Source of the DNA: the human T2T-CHM13v2.0 reference genome, Homo sapiens
DNA: 64,000 nt
Reading direction: 5' to 3' (one strand)
Assembly: GCF_009914755.1 (NCBI RefSeq)
Contig: NC_060925.1
A program made the translations under genes and the position numbers. The notes beneath the pieces are model-generated. The model ran no database searches and was not told the DNA's origin. It saw only the letters and a program-made list of their open reading frames with translations. This document shows positions 1-17,380 of the stretch, one piece after another (the stretch's first letter is position 1; every line of letters starts with the position of its first letter).

Positions 1-1
1 G

Positions 2-277
<276 letters not shown>

Positions 278-280
278 TGA

Positions 281-830
<550 letters not shown>

Positions 831-1471
831 TAAAGAAGACGGCTCCTCTCAATCTGAAGAGTTGTCAGTTAAAGAGACAAGTTATCTGAACCGCCCCCCA
901 CCTCCCGACAAGCCACACACAATCGTGGGACAAGTCATTGAAGACTTCGCCTTTCAAAGTAATCATTATTCTCCTGAAGAGCTTGAAGCCATCTACTCTA
1001 AAACGACATCAAGGACCTCTCTCCAATTTTATTCTTCCCTCATTTCCTCCCTTCTTACAGAATCAGACAGTCTCAAAGTTGGAAAGCAATTTAAAGTTGA
1101 AGCTAGTCCTACACACAGCCTGGACAAACTTCACAAAATGCTGAGCAAAGAAAGTCAGACTCGAAAGAGTAAATACTGTAGGATTCCATTCGTAGGAAGT
1201 TCAAAAACTGGCCAACAAATCCAAGGTGATAGAAGTCAGAACATACTTCTGGAATTTTCCACTTAAAAAAACGCCTGTAGTCTCAGCTACTCAGGAGGCT
1301 GAGGTGGGTGGATCACTTGAGCCCAGGAATTCAAGGCGTTTGGCAACATATTGAGACCCCATCTCTATGAAAAATAAGAATTTAAAAAATGCTTATAAAA
1401 GAAGTCAGGGCCAGGTGCAGTAGCACACGCCCATAATCCCAGCACTTTGGGAGGCCAAGGTGAGTGGATCA

Positions 1472-1843
<372 letters not shown>

Positions 1844-1979
1844 TTATCTTAGTATTTTTCAAAGAGGTATAAGTAGTCCTGTGGTTCCCATACTTCAGTA
1901 TTTCATAAACCAATAAGACTTCACGCTTCCCTCAATCCCTCTCTTCAAAATCAGAGGAAGTAACTGTATACAATGACTA

Positions 1980-2491
<512 letters not shown>

Positions 2492-2691
2492 CTAAGAAAA
2501 AAAAAAAAAAACTTTGCTGGGCATGATGGTGCGTGCGTGCCTGCAGTCCAATCTGCTCGGGAGGATGAAGTGGAAGGGTCACTTGCGCCCAGAAGTTCAA
2601 GGTTATGGTGAGCCATGATTGTGCCAATGAACTCCAGCCTGAGTGACAGAGTGAGATCCTGTCTCTAAAAAAAAAAAGAAAAAAAAATTTG

Positions 2692-3059
<368 letters not shown>

Positions 3060-4759
3060 TCACTTGGAGGAGCTGTTTAATTTTTCCCAGATTCCCAAAG
3101 GGGAATGCTCCGTCACTAAACACACGGGCCTCTGAGCAACAGGAAAGGACTAAGCTCGTCTTTATTCAAAGGCTCCTATTATAGTAATAAGAATGAGAAA
3201 TGGCTCATGCCTGTAATCGCAGCAATTTGGGAGGCTGAGGCAGGCGGATCACCTGAAGTCACGAGTTCGAGACCAGCCTGGCCGTCAAGGTGAAATATTG
3301 GCTGTCTCCCGTCTCTACTAAAAGTACAAAAAATTAGCCAGGCATGGTGGGGCATGCCTGTAGTCCCAGCTACTCAGGAGGCTGAGGCAGGAGAATGCTT
3401 GAGCCCAGGAGGTGGAGGATACAGTGAGCCAAGATCGGGCCACTGCACTCCAGCCTGGGCCACAGAGCAAGACTCCATCTCAAAAAAAAAAAAAAAAAAA
3501 AAAAAAAAAGAATGAGAAATGCCAAGACAGGATTTTCTAAAAATTGTGGTATATTTTAAATGTTTTACTTTAACCTTTACATATATGTGGTGAATACCTT
3601 CCACACATTCTAGGGTGTATTTCTGCAATTACTGGGTATTTTCTGCATCTCTCCCCAGTGGACCATTTCCAGCTGAAGAAACACGCACATCTGCCCCCTG
3701 ACTCTCACATACACTCGTGCACCAGACAGGCGAGACGTCAGTATCTCCCAATTTCTTGTGGTCCCTCCAGCCTGTAGAGCTCCCAACAACCTGTAGGTTT
3801 CCAAACAAAAACCCAACAACCCCATCCACAGGGACAAGACTGAATCCAAAGCTAGATGATTCATCCAAAATGGGACTTTTTTTTTTTTGAGACAGTCTCA
3901 CTCTGTCGCCCAGGCTAGAGTGCAGAGGCACAGTATCAGCTCACTGCAACCCCCGCCTCCTGGGTTTAAGTGATCCTCCCACCTCAGCCTCCTGAGTAGC
4001 TGAGACTACAGCCATGCACCAATAGGCCCAACTAATTTTTATATTTTTAGTAGAGACGGGGTTTCACCATGTTGGCCAGGCTGGTCTCAAACTCCCGACC
4101 TCTAGTGATCCACCCACCTCGCCTCCCAAAGAGCCAGGATTACAGGCATGAGCCACCATGCCCGGCCTTAAAATGTGAACATTTTTAAAAGATATTTTGG
4201 ATTGTTGTTTTTAACAAATTTACCTGAAGTGCTGCTTCTGTTCCAGCAAAAAGCCAAGGAGAACCTCCGGCCCTCAGATCCCTGGGTTCTGCAAAGAGTC
4301 GCCATTTCTCAGAAACTAGATTTTGACTCTAACTGCTTTGGATTGGAGAAGCTGACCAGCGAGCGTGTAAAATTAATCTTGCATAAGTGATGAGCTTATA
4401 AAGAGAGCCCCAGGGGAATGAGGCTAGCACACTGCAAAGCATCACTTACCTATTGCTACCTGGCCGAGTGTTGCAGGAGAAGAGATTCTGGGGAAGGGAG
4501 GCTTCAAAGCTCCCGGATGTCCTATCGTTTCAAACCATCAGATTGGCAGAAAGAGGAAGTCTCTGCTAGTTCTTCTTGAGAAAACGGCCAACACCTTCAT
4601 GAGCAGGGAGCAAGTCACATGGGAATTCTACCCCCCTTGATGATTTCTGAAAGTTCAGTTTGGCATTATCTTGATTTGGAGGTGAGGAAAGAAGAGCAGA
4701 TGGAATGCAGGAAATGTCCATGAGGATGATACTACTTATTGATTATATTATTACTATAA

Positions 4760-4795
4760 ATGGCTTCTTAGCCATTTGGCTAAGATCAGGCGATG
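4760..4795 (+). pseudogene. 3'-truncated U2 snRNA retropseudogene (first ~35 nt)
   Basis: ATGGCTTCTTAGCCATTTGGCTAAGATCAGGCG versus the U2 5' end ATCGCTTCTCGGCCTTTTGGCTAAGATCAAGTG. Flanked by a perfect 14-bp direct repeat TATTATTACTATAA (4746-4759 and 4796-4809). Confidence 0.85.
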
Positions 4796-4890
4796 TATTA
4801 TTACTATAATGACTCAAACTGCCGGGCCCAGTGGCTCACACCTGTAATCCTAGAACTTTGGGAGGCCAAAGCGAGCAGATCACAAGGTCA

Positions 4891-5196
<306 letters not shown>

Positions 5197-5273
5197 TCAC
5201 AATAACCCTCTGAGGTAGGTATTAATAACACTTTTTAAATCCGGGGAAACTGAGGCACAAAGTGGTTGGGTGA

Positions 5274-5656
5274 TGATATGCACTGAATTGTGTCCCCTTA
5301 ATGTATTTGTTGAAGCTTTAACCCCCAATGCGACTGTATTTGGAAACAGGGACTTTCAGGAGGTAATAATTAAGGTCAAATGAGGTCATGAGGGTGGAGC
5401 CCTAATCTAATAGGACTGATGTCCTTATAAGAGGAGGAAGAGACACCAGGAGTGTGAAGGCAGAGGACAGGTCATGTGAGGACACAGGGAGGAGGCAGCC
5501 ATCTGCAAAACAGGGAGAGGGACCTCACCAGAAGCCAACCCTGCCGGCACCTTGGTCTTGAACTTCCTGTTTTCCAGAACCATGAAAACATGAATTTCTG
5601 TTGTTTGAGCCACTCAGTCTGTGGTATTCTGTTATGGCAGCCCAAGTGGACTAACA
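5274..5656 (+). mobile_element. MLT1A/B-like MaLR solo LTR
   Basis: TGAATTGTGTCCCC start; CCTAATCTAATAGGACTGATGTCCTTATAAGAGGAG core; GTTATGGCAGCCC end. Confidence 0.75.
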
Positions 5657-6769
5657 GAGTGAGTTGCCGGAGATCTTTCACCCGGCAAATGGAAGAGCTG
5701 GCATTTGAATCCAGGCCGTTTGGCACCTGAGTCTGTGCTTTTTATCAGCTACTGGAGTGCTCTGGAGAAAGGAGAGAGTAAGAGCGAGAACTATTGGAGA
5801 ACATGACAATGATCATAGGAGCCGCCAACACTCGTGGGCATTGACTCTGCACCAGCCCACCTCGAGAAGCACTTCCCATGGATTAGCCACTTAATCCCAA
5901 CAACAATCCCATGAGGTTAGTATTATCATCGCCCCCACGTCATCAAGGCCTAAAGAGAATTCCAGTGGGGCACACCCCCTCCAGAGCCATCCCAGAATAC
6001 GATGCTCTACTGTAAGCCATTCTAAGGATGAGACCATTTTGTTGTGCTCAGCTCCACCACCTGGCCAAAAGCTGTGCAACTGTGCCTCCGACGGAGAGAA
6101 CAGTGTTGAGTCAAGTCATAATGAAGCCCACATCTCTGAGGAGGTCTTTGAAATAAATGGGCTAATGAGGAAGGCATCTTCACCAAGATGTCACACCCTT
6201 GGAGAAAAAGGGCCCATGGGGAGGCAACCCTTCCCTGATGGGCAGGAGCAGGGCAGAGGGGAGCACCATGAGAGGAGCAGAATTAGCCAGGACTGTTGCA
6301 GCTGGGGGTGAACACAGCCGCCCTTCTTCCCTTGAAATAAGCAATGGCTGACAAGGATTCAGCAGCAGTCAGGTGAGAGTCAAGGGTGGCTTAACATCAT
6401 CCCTGTCCCCAGCCACATCCACCTAGAGAGAGAGAACACCCCATTTCCATTTCCACCACTCTCCTGTATCTCCCCGCAAATAGGCCTTGTTTCCTTGTTT
6501 AGGTGCCCAATTTTGTCAGTCCCATGGATAGGTTAGGAAGGACTGAAATGAAAGCTCTCCATTCTGTGGGCACAGCATTTTCCAAAGGGTTAGATGTGTC
6601 TCACAGGTAGGCACACCTGAGACAGGCCCTTTGCAATTCTTCCTCACTCTTGCCTAGTCAGTGCCCAGGAGAAAGCCTCAACTTGGTGCTAACATATCTT
6701 TCGTACACCTCTCATATTTGCTCATATTTGAACAGAGAACAGATTTGAGATCCAGAGCCTTCCACGGGG

Positions 6770-8035
6770 GGCAGCGTCTGCCCTTCTACCTTTGAGGAAC
6801 TCCAGATCACACGTACAGGGTCCCACAATTCACGGAGGCTTTGTTCCTATTTCTTCATTCTTTTTACTCTCTGTGCTTCACGTTGGATGGTTTCTGTTGC
6901 TATATCTTCAAGTTCACTAATCTCTTCTGTGATATGTCAACTGCAGTCAAATCCATGCTATACATTTCCCATCTCAGAAATTGTTGTGTGCATGTCAAGA
7001 ATCTCAGTGTGAGTCTTTTTATATCCCGTGTCTCTTTTTAACTTTTCCATGATATAGAGTACAGTGATAACTTTTAATTTCCTTGCCTCTAACATTTGTG
7101 TCAGTTCTTGGTTAGATGGATTGATTTTTCTTCTCCTTATGGGTCCTATTTTCCTGTTTCTCTTTTGAGACACTGGGCATTGTGAATGTGATGTTCTTGG
7201 GTACTGAAGGTTTCTGTGTTTCTTTATAATTATTCTTGGTCTTTGTTCTGGAATGCAGCTAAATTATTTGCGAACAGTTGGATTATTTCAGGTCTTTGAA
7301 GACTTGTTGGGCAAGACTCAAGCAGTGTTTAGCCTAGGGCTAATTATTTTCCACTGCTGAGGCAAGAACCTTCTAAGTATTCTACCCAATGCCTCGTGAA
7401 TTATGATGATCATAGGAGCCGCCAACACTCGTGGGTATTGACTGCACCAGCCCACCTCAAGAAGCACTTCCCATGGATTAGCCACTTACTCCCAACAACA
7501 ATCCCATGAGGTTAGTATTATCATCACCGTATTTTCCATTCTGGCTGGTGGGAAAAGCACTATTCCTGGCCGTGAGTGCCAAGTACTGTCTGTCCCCTCT
7601 AATCTTTCCAGGTGGTTCTTTCCCTCACCTCTAGGAGTTCCTTGCATACACATGCTGATCAGTACTCTGCCTGGTATTTGAGGGGACCCTCTACAGACAT
7701 TGTAGCTCTCTTCTCCCCAGTGCTCTGTACTACAAGCTCTTGCCTTGGTCCCTCTAGACTTTCAGCTCTAGCTCCTAAACTAAGGGAGTCTTCTGGGCTC
7801 CTCTGGGTTCTCTCTCCACACACCACAGCCTACACAGCCTGAAAGTTCTCCAAAGACAGTAAGCTGGGGCGAACATAGCTGGCTTTCCCTTGGGCATCAC
7901 TCTTCTATGTCTCATTTCCAGTATCTTGAAAACTGCTGTTTTATATATGCCATCCTTTTTTCTTTTTTTTTGGTTGTTCCACTGGGAAGGTAAACCCATT
8001 CTTTGTTAGTCCATCTTGGTTTGATGCAGAAGTCT
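6770..8035 (-). mobile_element. Old L1 (L1M-type) 5'-region fragment
   Basis: T-rich plus strand with typical old-L1 segments (ATATCTTCAAGTTCACTAATC, CTACCCAATGCCTCGTGAATTATGA). Confidence 0.6.
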
Positions 8036-8576
8036 CCTATTTACTCTGTTTTTGTTTTTGTTCTTGAGCCGAGTCTCACTGTCACCCAGGCTAGAGCGCA
8101 GTGGCGCAATCTCAACTCACTGCAATCTCTGCCTCCCGGCAGAGTTCAAGCGATTCTCCTGCCTCAGCCTCTCGAGTAGCTGGGATTACAGGTGTGTGTC
8201 ACCACACCTGGCTAATTTTTGTATTTTTAGTAGATACAGGGTTTCGCCATGTTGGCCAGGCTGGTCTTGAACTCCTGACCTCAGGTGATCCGCCCACATC
8301 AGCCTCCCAGTGTGCTGGGATTACAGGTGTGAGTCACTGCGCCCAGCCCTGTTTACTCTCTCAATCAGATTTTATAATCTTCTTCACATAGATCCTGTGG
8401 TTTCTCACTAAATTTGTGCCTAAATATCATTTTTGTTGCTATTATAACTGGACTATTTATTTCCTCCCCTTCTCCATTTCTAGGTACTTACTTCTAGAGT
8501 GGAGAAAAACTATTGATGTTTGCTTTCATTTACATTTAATTTGTTGACATTTGCCCTGAAATTGAACCACCCATGG

Positions 8577-8969
<393 letters not shown>

Positions 8970-9494
8970 TAAATTTATTCAACAGCAAGTAAGGGTAAAA
9001 GAGGTGAGCATCTAGGTGCAGATGCTCAGCACTGCAACACAAGCTTTACTCCACTCTCCTCTTCATGCTGACTTTCGCCCTCATGCTTGCTACTTCATGA
9101 CACAAAAGGGCTTCTGCAACTCCAGGCCTCCTGGATGTGATCCAACAAGGAAGGCAGGAGAAAGGGAGGAGCAGCACCTCCTCCCATATCAGGAAAGAAA
9201 AGGTTTCTCAAGATAAATTTAGCGTGTGTCCTATTAGCCAGAATTATAACATCTGACCACCTATAATAGTAAGTCAGCCTGGGGAACTAAGCGTTTACCT
9301 GGAAATATTACAACAAATTCACAAAAAAAATCTGCGTGCTGGTTGGTAATAAAGAATTAAATTAGGCCGAGGCAGGTAGATGACAAGGTCAGGAGTTCAA
9401 GACCAGCCTGACCAACATGGTGAAACCCCGTCTCTACTAAAAATAGAAAAATTAGCCAGGCGTGGTGGTGCAAGCCTGTAGTCCCAGCTACTCA

Positions 9495-9596
<102 letters not shown>

Positions 9597-10957
9597 TCAA
9601 AAAAAATTAAATTAAACCAGGCAATTCATAGTCTAAAACACTATTCTTGCATTCTTAGAACAAACCCTGCTGAGTCACAGTGAATTGTTCCTTTAAATAC
9701 ATTGCCATATTCTATTCAACAATATTTTTAAGGTGTTTTTTAAGGCTATTGCGATATTCAGGATCAAAGACCTAAGGTAATGGAAATGGGAATAAAAAGA
9801 TTGAAACATAGTCAAAGTATTTTCAGAGGCATCAGTGCTTTGTGATAGATCTGTGATTAAATGCACATAGAAATGCCAGGAGAGGAGCTGGGCTCAGTGG
9901 CTCATACCTGTAATCCCAGCACTTTGGGGAGGCCAAGGCAGGAAGACAGCTCGAGCCCAAGTTTGAGACCAGCCTGGGCAACATGGTGAGACCCCGTCTC
10001 TACAGAAAAATAAATTACCTTCTGTTATGTCCTTTTTCACGTTGCAGGTGGGTATGAAAAAAAAAAAAAGAAAAGAAATGCCAGGAGAGGAAACAAAAGG
10101 AGAACAGAAATTTTTTCTGAAGTGCTACTAATTTAAAAAGAGAATAATTAATCACCAGTGGCATCATACTAAAGTTGAAGTATTTGAATTTTTTTTCGAG
10201 ACAGAGTCTTGCTCTGTTACCCAGTCTGGAGTATAGTGGCGTGATCTCGGCTTAGTGCAACCTCTGCCTCCCAGGTTCAAGCAATTCTCCTGCCTCAGCC
10301 TCCCAAAGTGCAGGGATTACAGGCACCCACCACCATGCCCAGCTAATTTTTGTATTTTTAGTAGAGATGGGACTTCACCATGTTGATCAGACTGGTCTCA
10401 AACTCCTGATCTTAAGTGATCCACCTGACTCAGCCTCGCAAAGTGCTGGGATTACAGGCGTTGAGCCACCACACCCGGCCAATATTTGAAATTTTCTGAG
10501 CTTCAGATTTCTTTGAATTTAAAATATCCCAATTAGATATTTAGCATTTAATTCAACATAGAGAAAAAATAACAACCTTTCCCTCTGGAGTTTTATAAAA
10601 ATAAATCTATTGCAGTGATAATAGTATTGTGGTCATTTAAGTCTTTATCTTTCAGAGATACATACTAAAATAATTATAGATGAAATTATATATCTAGTAT
10701 ATGCGTCAAAATAAGAGTCATGAAGAAAGTAAATGGAAATAAAGATGAAGCAGGACTGGCCATGAGTTAATGATTGTTGAACAGGGTACTGGGTATATGG
10801 GACTCACCAGGGGTATTGGGTGTATGGAATTTCCCATAATAAAATATTCTTTCAGTGTTTGTAGAATGGAAGCATGTATGTATATAAACAAATGTATATA
10901 TACAAATGTTTGTTTTAAATGATAGACTAAAAATGTTAGAAATTCTAATCCCAAGCA

Positions 10958-11392
10958 TTTATTGCTTTTTAAAAAGGGAACTGTACATGATCAGATCATG
11001 GAAGGATAGCTCCACTCCTCCCCGACCTTGGTCACAGGCCGCCATGAGGAGGGACTGCTCCAGTCCTCCGGTGGCCACTGCCATCTTCCTCATCACTGTC
11101 CTTAGCTTTGGAGTACACAACTCCAAGTGGCCCGAGTCTAGACTCTATCAAATTCCACACTGATAGCAACAATGACTGCATCTGATGTGTGCTGCTGGCA
11201 ATCTTAAGCCCAAAATGCTTCAAAGATTAAACAGCCATATACATTTAAAATACATAGAAAAATAATATAATTAGAATGTATACAAAGTAGATTACAAAAC
11301 AACTTCACTACAAGAAATACATCTTATATCCAAGCACAAAAATGTGGAAATATACATGAAAGGATATACGTTTAAGAAACCACATTTTTATT
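10958..11392 (-). terminator. SYF2: SYF2 candidate poly(A) signals (AATAAA at 11387-11392 and 10958-10963)
   Basis: TTTATT on the plus strand downstream of the SYF2 stop codon. Usage cannot be shown from sequence alone. Confidence 0.6.
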
Positions 11393-11522
11393 TCTAAATG
11401 CTGAGTGAGAAGGCATGGACTACTAAATTCTGGATTACTGATAAAATTTCAAAAAGAACTTGATTTTGCTAGCAGAAATTTTTACCCCATTCTCAAGCTT
11501 CTATAAACAGTTCTTGAAGGGA

Positions 11523-11688
11523 TTAGACAGCTGTTCCTCTTTCCAAATTCTGTTTAATTTCAGCTGTGTATTTCCCATAGAATCTTTCAGCTTTCTTGTT
11601 GAATTTGGCATTCCTTTCATTAATGTAGTCGATATCTGCATCATCATTATAAGGACGTCTCCGGCTATATTTGTCTCGTTTTTCAATC
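11523..11688 (-). CDS. SYF2: SYF2 last coding exon ([54 protein letters not shown])
   Basis: CCCCAG acceptor; conserved SYF2 C-terminus seen in ORF 11523..11828; TAA stop. Confidence 0.97.
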
Positions 11689-13258
11689 CTGGGGAAAGAA
11701 GAAAATTTACAAAATTCAAAATTGCCTTCTCTTTTGATCTTAATAAAACACAACCAAACAGGAATATAATCACGTTTAGAATAGCACATGTTGTGAGGGC
11801 TAGAGGAAGCCAGGAGAGTTTTCATCAAGTTAAAGTTGAAACTGAATTAATGGCACAACTCAGAATATGAACTGTGAAATCCAGTAAATACAAATTCATC
11901 TTCAGAATGCTAGAGCGATGACTCATTGTTGGGAACTTGACTGTACTGAAGAAGATAACTATTGGCTGGGCATGGCGGCTGTAATCCCATGCCTGTAATC
12001 CCACTACTTTTGGAGGACAAGGCCTCCCAAAAGGTCCTCTGGGAGGATCACTTGAGCCCAGGAGTTCCAGACCAGGGCCTGGACAACATAGGAAGACTCC
12101 ATCACTATAAAAAAAATTTTTTTGAATACATTTTCTAAAAAAGAAGATAACTATAACAATATTAAATAGGCCAGGCGCAGTGGCTCATGCCTGTAACCCC
12201 AGCACTTTGGGAGGCCAAGGCAGGTAGATCACCTGAGGCCAGGAGTTTGAGACCAGCCTGGTCAACATGACGAAACCCCGTCTCTACTAAAAATACAAAA
12301 ATTAGCCAGGAGTGGTGGTACACGCCTGTGGTCCCATTTACTCAGGAGGCTGAGGCAAGAGAATCGCTTGAAACTGGCAGGTGGAGGTTGTGGTGAGCCA
12401 AGATCGTGACACTGCGCTCCAGCCTGGGCAATAGAGTGAGACTCCGTCTCAAAAAAAAAAAATTATATTAAATAATAACCACAGCTAATACTGAGCACAT
12501 AATATGTGCCAGACACTTTTTTTTTTTCCTGAGACAGGGTCTCGCTCTGTCGCCCAAGCTGGAGTGCAGTGATGCAATCACAGTTCACTGCACCCTCCAC
12601 TTCTTGGACTCAAGTGATCCTCCTGACTGAGTCTCCCAAGTAGCTAGGACTACAGGCACGTACCACCATGCCCAGCTAATTCCTGTATATTTTTTGTAGA
12701 GAAAGGGTTTTGCCATGTTGCCCAGGCTGTTCTCAAAGTCCTGGGCTCAAGCAATCCTTCTGCCTCAGCCTCCCAAAGTGCTAGGATTATAGGCAGGAGC
12801 CACCACGCCCAGCCCAGACACTATTCTTAATACTTTTCATGTATTAACTCCTAAAATATATTTTCATTCTGCTCTACCTAATAGTCGCCTCTATCAGTAT
12901 TAAGAAACACAAACCTAAGCGAGGAACATTTACTACAACATTCTTGCTTCTTCAAATCAAACAGGGGAGTGGTTAAAGTAAAATCCTTAAAGAAGGATCA
13001 TTTTTTTTAGACCTTTCCCCTTCAATATTAACAATTCAGTTTCATCAACATTCTTCATCTCCATTCCAAATCAGATATATTCAACCCACACTTGCTATCC
13101 ATCCCCAAGCCACTATAGACAGGTCAAAAATTAGCAAGTATAACTGTACAATTTCTATCTTTTGAATTCATTCTAAGCACGTCAGATATAGGTGCATATT
13201 CTAAGTGCATTTTGTCATGAAGTATTTACAACGTCAAGCTGCTCTACTGAATACTTAC

Positions 13259-13357
13259 TGTTTTTCCAGATCTATGACCATCCTGTCAATTTCCTCTGTG
13301 GAAGGCACATGTGTTCCATGAAGAAGACTATTGGATGTTGGGAAAAACTCTTCTCCA
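13259..13357 (-). CDS. SYF2: SYF2 exon 6 ([33 protein letters not shown])
   Basis: TTTTCAG acceptor and CA|GTAAGT donor; 99 nt. Confidence 0.96.
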
Positions 13358-13474
13358 CTGAAAAGGCAGCAAAATGAACTTACAGTAACACTATAAATGC
13401 TCCATTTTCAAATTTCAAACTAAAGTACCATACATGATAAGAAAGTATACACATACATTTACTGTGAGATCCTA

Positions 13475-13805
<331 letters not shown>

Positions 13806-13853
13806 TTAAAAGAATTAAAATAGGACCATGTGGAGGCCAGGCGCAGTGGCTCA

Positions 13854-14351
<498 letters not shown>

Positions 14352-14609
14352 TCAAGATTGCACCACTGCACTCCAGCCTGGGCGACAGAGCGAGATTCTA
14401 TCTCAAAAAAAAAATAAAAATAAAAATAAAAAATAAAAAATTACAGAATTGAAAGGAACCTAAGACATCATCTACGCCAACACCTTCACTGTACAGATCA
14501 AAGAGCCAACAGGCAGAGAGGCTCCAGGACTTATCAGAGGTCACAAAGTGCTAGGAACAGAGCTGGGATTAGAGCTCCATCCTGAGGTTATTTCCTTTTC
14601 CACTAAAAC

Positions 14610-14789
14610 AAGCTGCCAAACTACAGCAGCCCACCACCTGTTTATGAAAAGAGGCTTCATTTATGAATTCTCTGCAGCTGCTTTTGCACTGCAGCAGCAC
14701 AGCTGAATAGCTGTGACAGAGACTATATGGCCCACAAAGCTAAAATATTTACTATCTGGTCCTTCACAGAAAAAGTTCACCAACCCCAG
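14610..14789. mobile_element. MER58A-like hAT MITE
   Basis: GGCCCACAAAGCTAAAATATTTACTATCTGGTCCTTCACAGAAAAAGTT matches the MER58A 3' part. Confidence 0.65.
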
Positions 14790-15698
14790 CACTAAAGCAT
14801 TCTGCCTCCTAAAATAATATCTAAGTAACTACGACAATCAGGGTGTTAACCAATCAACAACCAGTCTTAGAATGCCCAGTTAAGAACAAAACAAAAAACA
14901 TGTGATTAATTTAATAGCTGTGAAGTAAGCAATAAACAGTGCTGTCAAAACAGAGACTAGGCCTGGCACAGTGGCTCACACCTGTAATCTCAACCATGTG
15001 GGAGGCCAAGGATGGAGGATCACTTGAGGCCAGGAGTTTGAGACAGCCTGAGCAACACAGTGAGACCCCGTCTCCACAAAAAAATTAATTAGCCAGGAAT
15101 CGTGGCACATGTCTGTAATCCTAGCTACTGGGGAGGCTGATGTGGGAGGATCCCTTGAGGCCACAAGTTTGAGGTTACAGTGAGTTATGACAGTGTCAAT
15201 GCACTCCAGCTTAAGCAACAGAGCGAGACACCGTCTCTTAAAAAAAAAAAAAGGAAGGGCCGGGCGCAGTAGCTCACGCCTGTAATCCCAGCACTTTGGG
15301 AGGCTGAGGTGGACGGATCACTTGAGGTCAGGAGTTCAAGACCAGCCTGGCCAACGTGGTGAAACCCCATCTCAGCTAAAACTACAAAAATTAGTTGGGC
15401 GTGGTGGCGGGCGCCTGTAATCCCAGCTACTCAGGAGGCTGAGGCAGAAGAATTGCTTGAACCCAGGTGGCGGAGGTTGCAGTGAGCTGAGACCGCACCA
15501 TTCACTGCACTCCAGCCTGGGTGAGAAAGCAAGACTCCATCTCAAAGGAAAAAAATATCCAGAAAAAACAGAGACCATCCTTAGACAACTATTAATAACC
15601 CATACCTTAGCATTAAAGCATGTTTCTATTTATGTACATGTATACACACACACACACACAAATACATCCACATCACCTCAGGTTGAAAAAGGACTTAC

Positions 15699-15789
15699 TG
15701 TTTTTCTCTCAGTCTCTCATATGTTTCCATGTCAGGTTTGATCTGCTTGGTCAACCGATGATACTGGCGTAACTGGGCAGCAGCATAAT
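15699..15789 (-). CDS. SYF2: SYF2 exon 5 ([30 protein letters not shown])
   Basis: TTTTAG acceptor and CA|GTAAGT donor; 91 nt; phases match the neighbouring exons. Confidence 0.96.
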
Positions 15790-15869
15790 CTAAAAATATA
15801 AAATGAGAATCAGCGATAATATATTTCCTTGTTTGGACCTTCCTATTGAGAGAAAAATCTAAATTATCA

Positions 15870-16082
15870 CAGGTGAGTATCTTTTATCCAAAACGCTTGG
15901 AATCGGAAGTGTTTCTGATTTTTTTCAGATTTTGGAATATCTTTATTATACTTAAATTCAAAATCTGAAATGCTCCAATCAGCATTTCCTTTGAGCATCA
16001 TAGCACCATGTTGGCATTCAAACAGTTTTGGATTTTGCAACATTTGGGATTTCAGATTTTCATACTAGGGATACTCAATCTG
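15870..16082. mobile_element. Tigger4a/MER46-like MITE in SYF2 intron 4
   Basis: CAGGTGAGTATC...GATACTCAATCTG inverted termini. Confidence 0.7.
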
Positions 16083-16374
16083 TGTGAAGTAATATATGCC
16101 CATAACACTATTCTAAGCATAGCTTCTATCCTGAAGATGCTGACAAACAGACTTTGATAAATTTTATCATCAAGTATTTAAAAACCTGGCTAACTGAAGT
16201 ACAGCCTTTTTTTTTAACTTCTCTCCTAAGAGACATATTTGTACTTTTCTTGGTCTTAAGCCTCATCAAGAATATCCCACGAAGCACAAGAGGCACATCC
16301 TTTCTTGAAACCAGAAACAATGAAGGAAATGACTAACAGCCCAGTCAATAAGGTTCAATAAAGGTCAATCTGAC

Positions 16375-16492
16375 CTGAAAATCCCAGATCAGGGTTTTTC
16401 CTCTTCTTTTTCCTCTCCCATCTTTCTGCATCTTCTGCACTGATCTCCAGCAACTTCACTTTCTCATAGTCTTCTCCTCTTGCCGCACATTC
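16375..16492 (-). CDS. SYF2: SYF2 exon 4 ([39 protein letters not shown])
   Basis: TTTTAG acceptor and CAG|GTCAGA donor; 118 nt; hand-translated. Confidence 0.96.
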
Positions 16493-16541
16493 CTAAAAAG
16501 AAGAAAAAAGCTGACACCTACAATTATGATACATGCAATAA

Positions 16542-16937
<396 letters not shown>

Positions 16938-17254
16938 TAAGTGAGCACATGATACTTATTGAGTGTTTATCAGGTGTCAGACCTTGTTTTAAATGTTTTA
17001 CATGCATTAACTCACTTAATTCATAATGAACTCAAATAATTATTGTTACAGTCCCTGTTTTATTGATGAGAAAACAGAGGTACAGAGAAGTTAAATAAAC
17101 TCACCCAACGTGTTGCAGTTGGTACTGAGCAGAGCCAGAATTTCAATTCTGGCAGCTTGGCCTAAGAGCCAGTGTATACAACCACCATGTTGTAGTGTCT
17201 TGATACAACAGAATGATTGACTAAATCACTTATGAAGATAGAATAGTTCCTAAC

Positions 17255-17380
17255 CTTTTTCTTTTCCTCTTCCTTTAGTTCCCACTCCAAACGAGCTTTT
17301 TTGGCTTCCCAATTTGCAGGTAATTTTAGTCTTTTATCTTCTTCCACAACTTCCTGGTGATTTAATTTACGAGCTTCATT
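17255..17380 (-). CDS. SYF2: SYF2 exon 3 ([28 protein letters not shown]...EEKKK)
   Basis: TTTTAG acceptor and AAG|GTTAGG donor; 126 nt; frame preserved. Confidence 0.97.
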
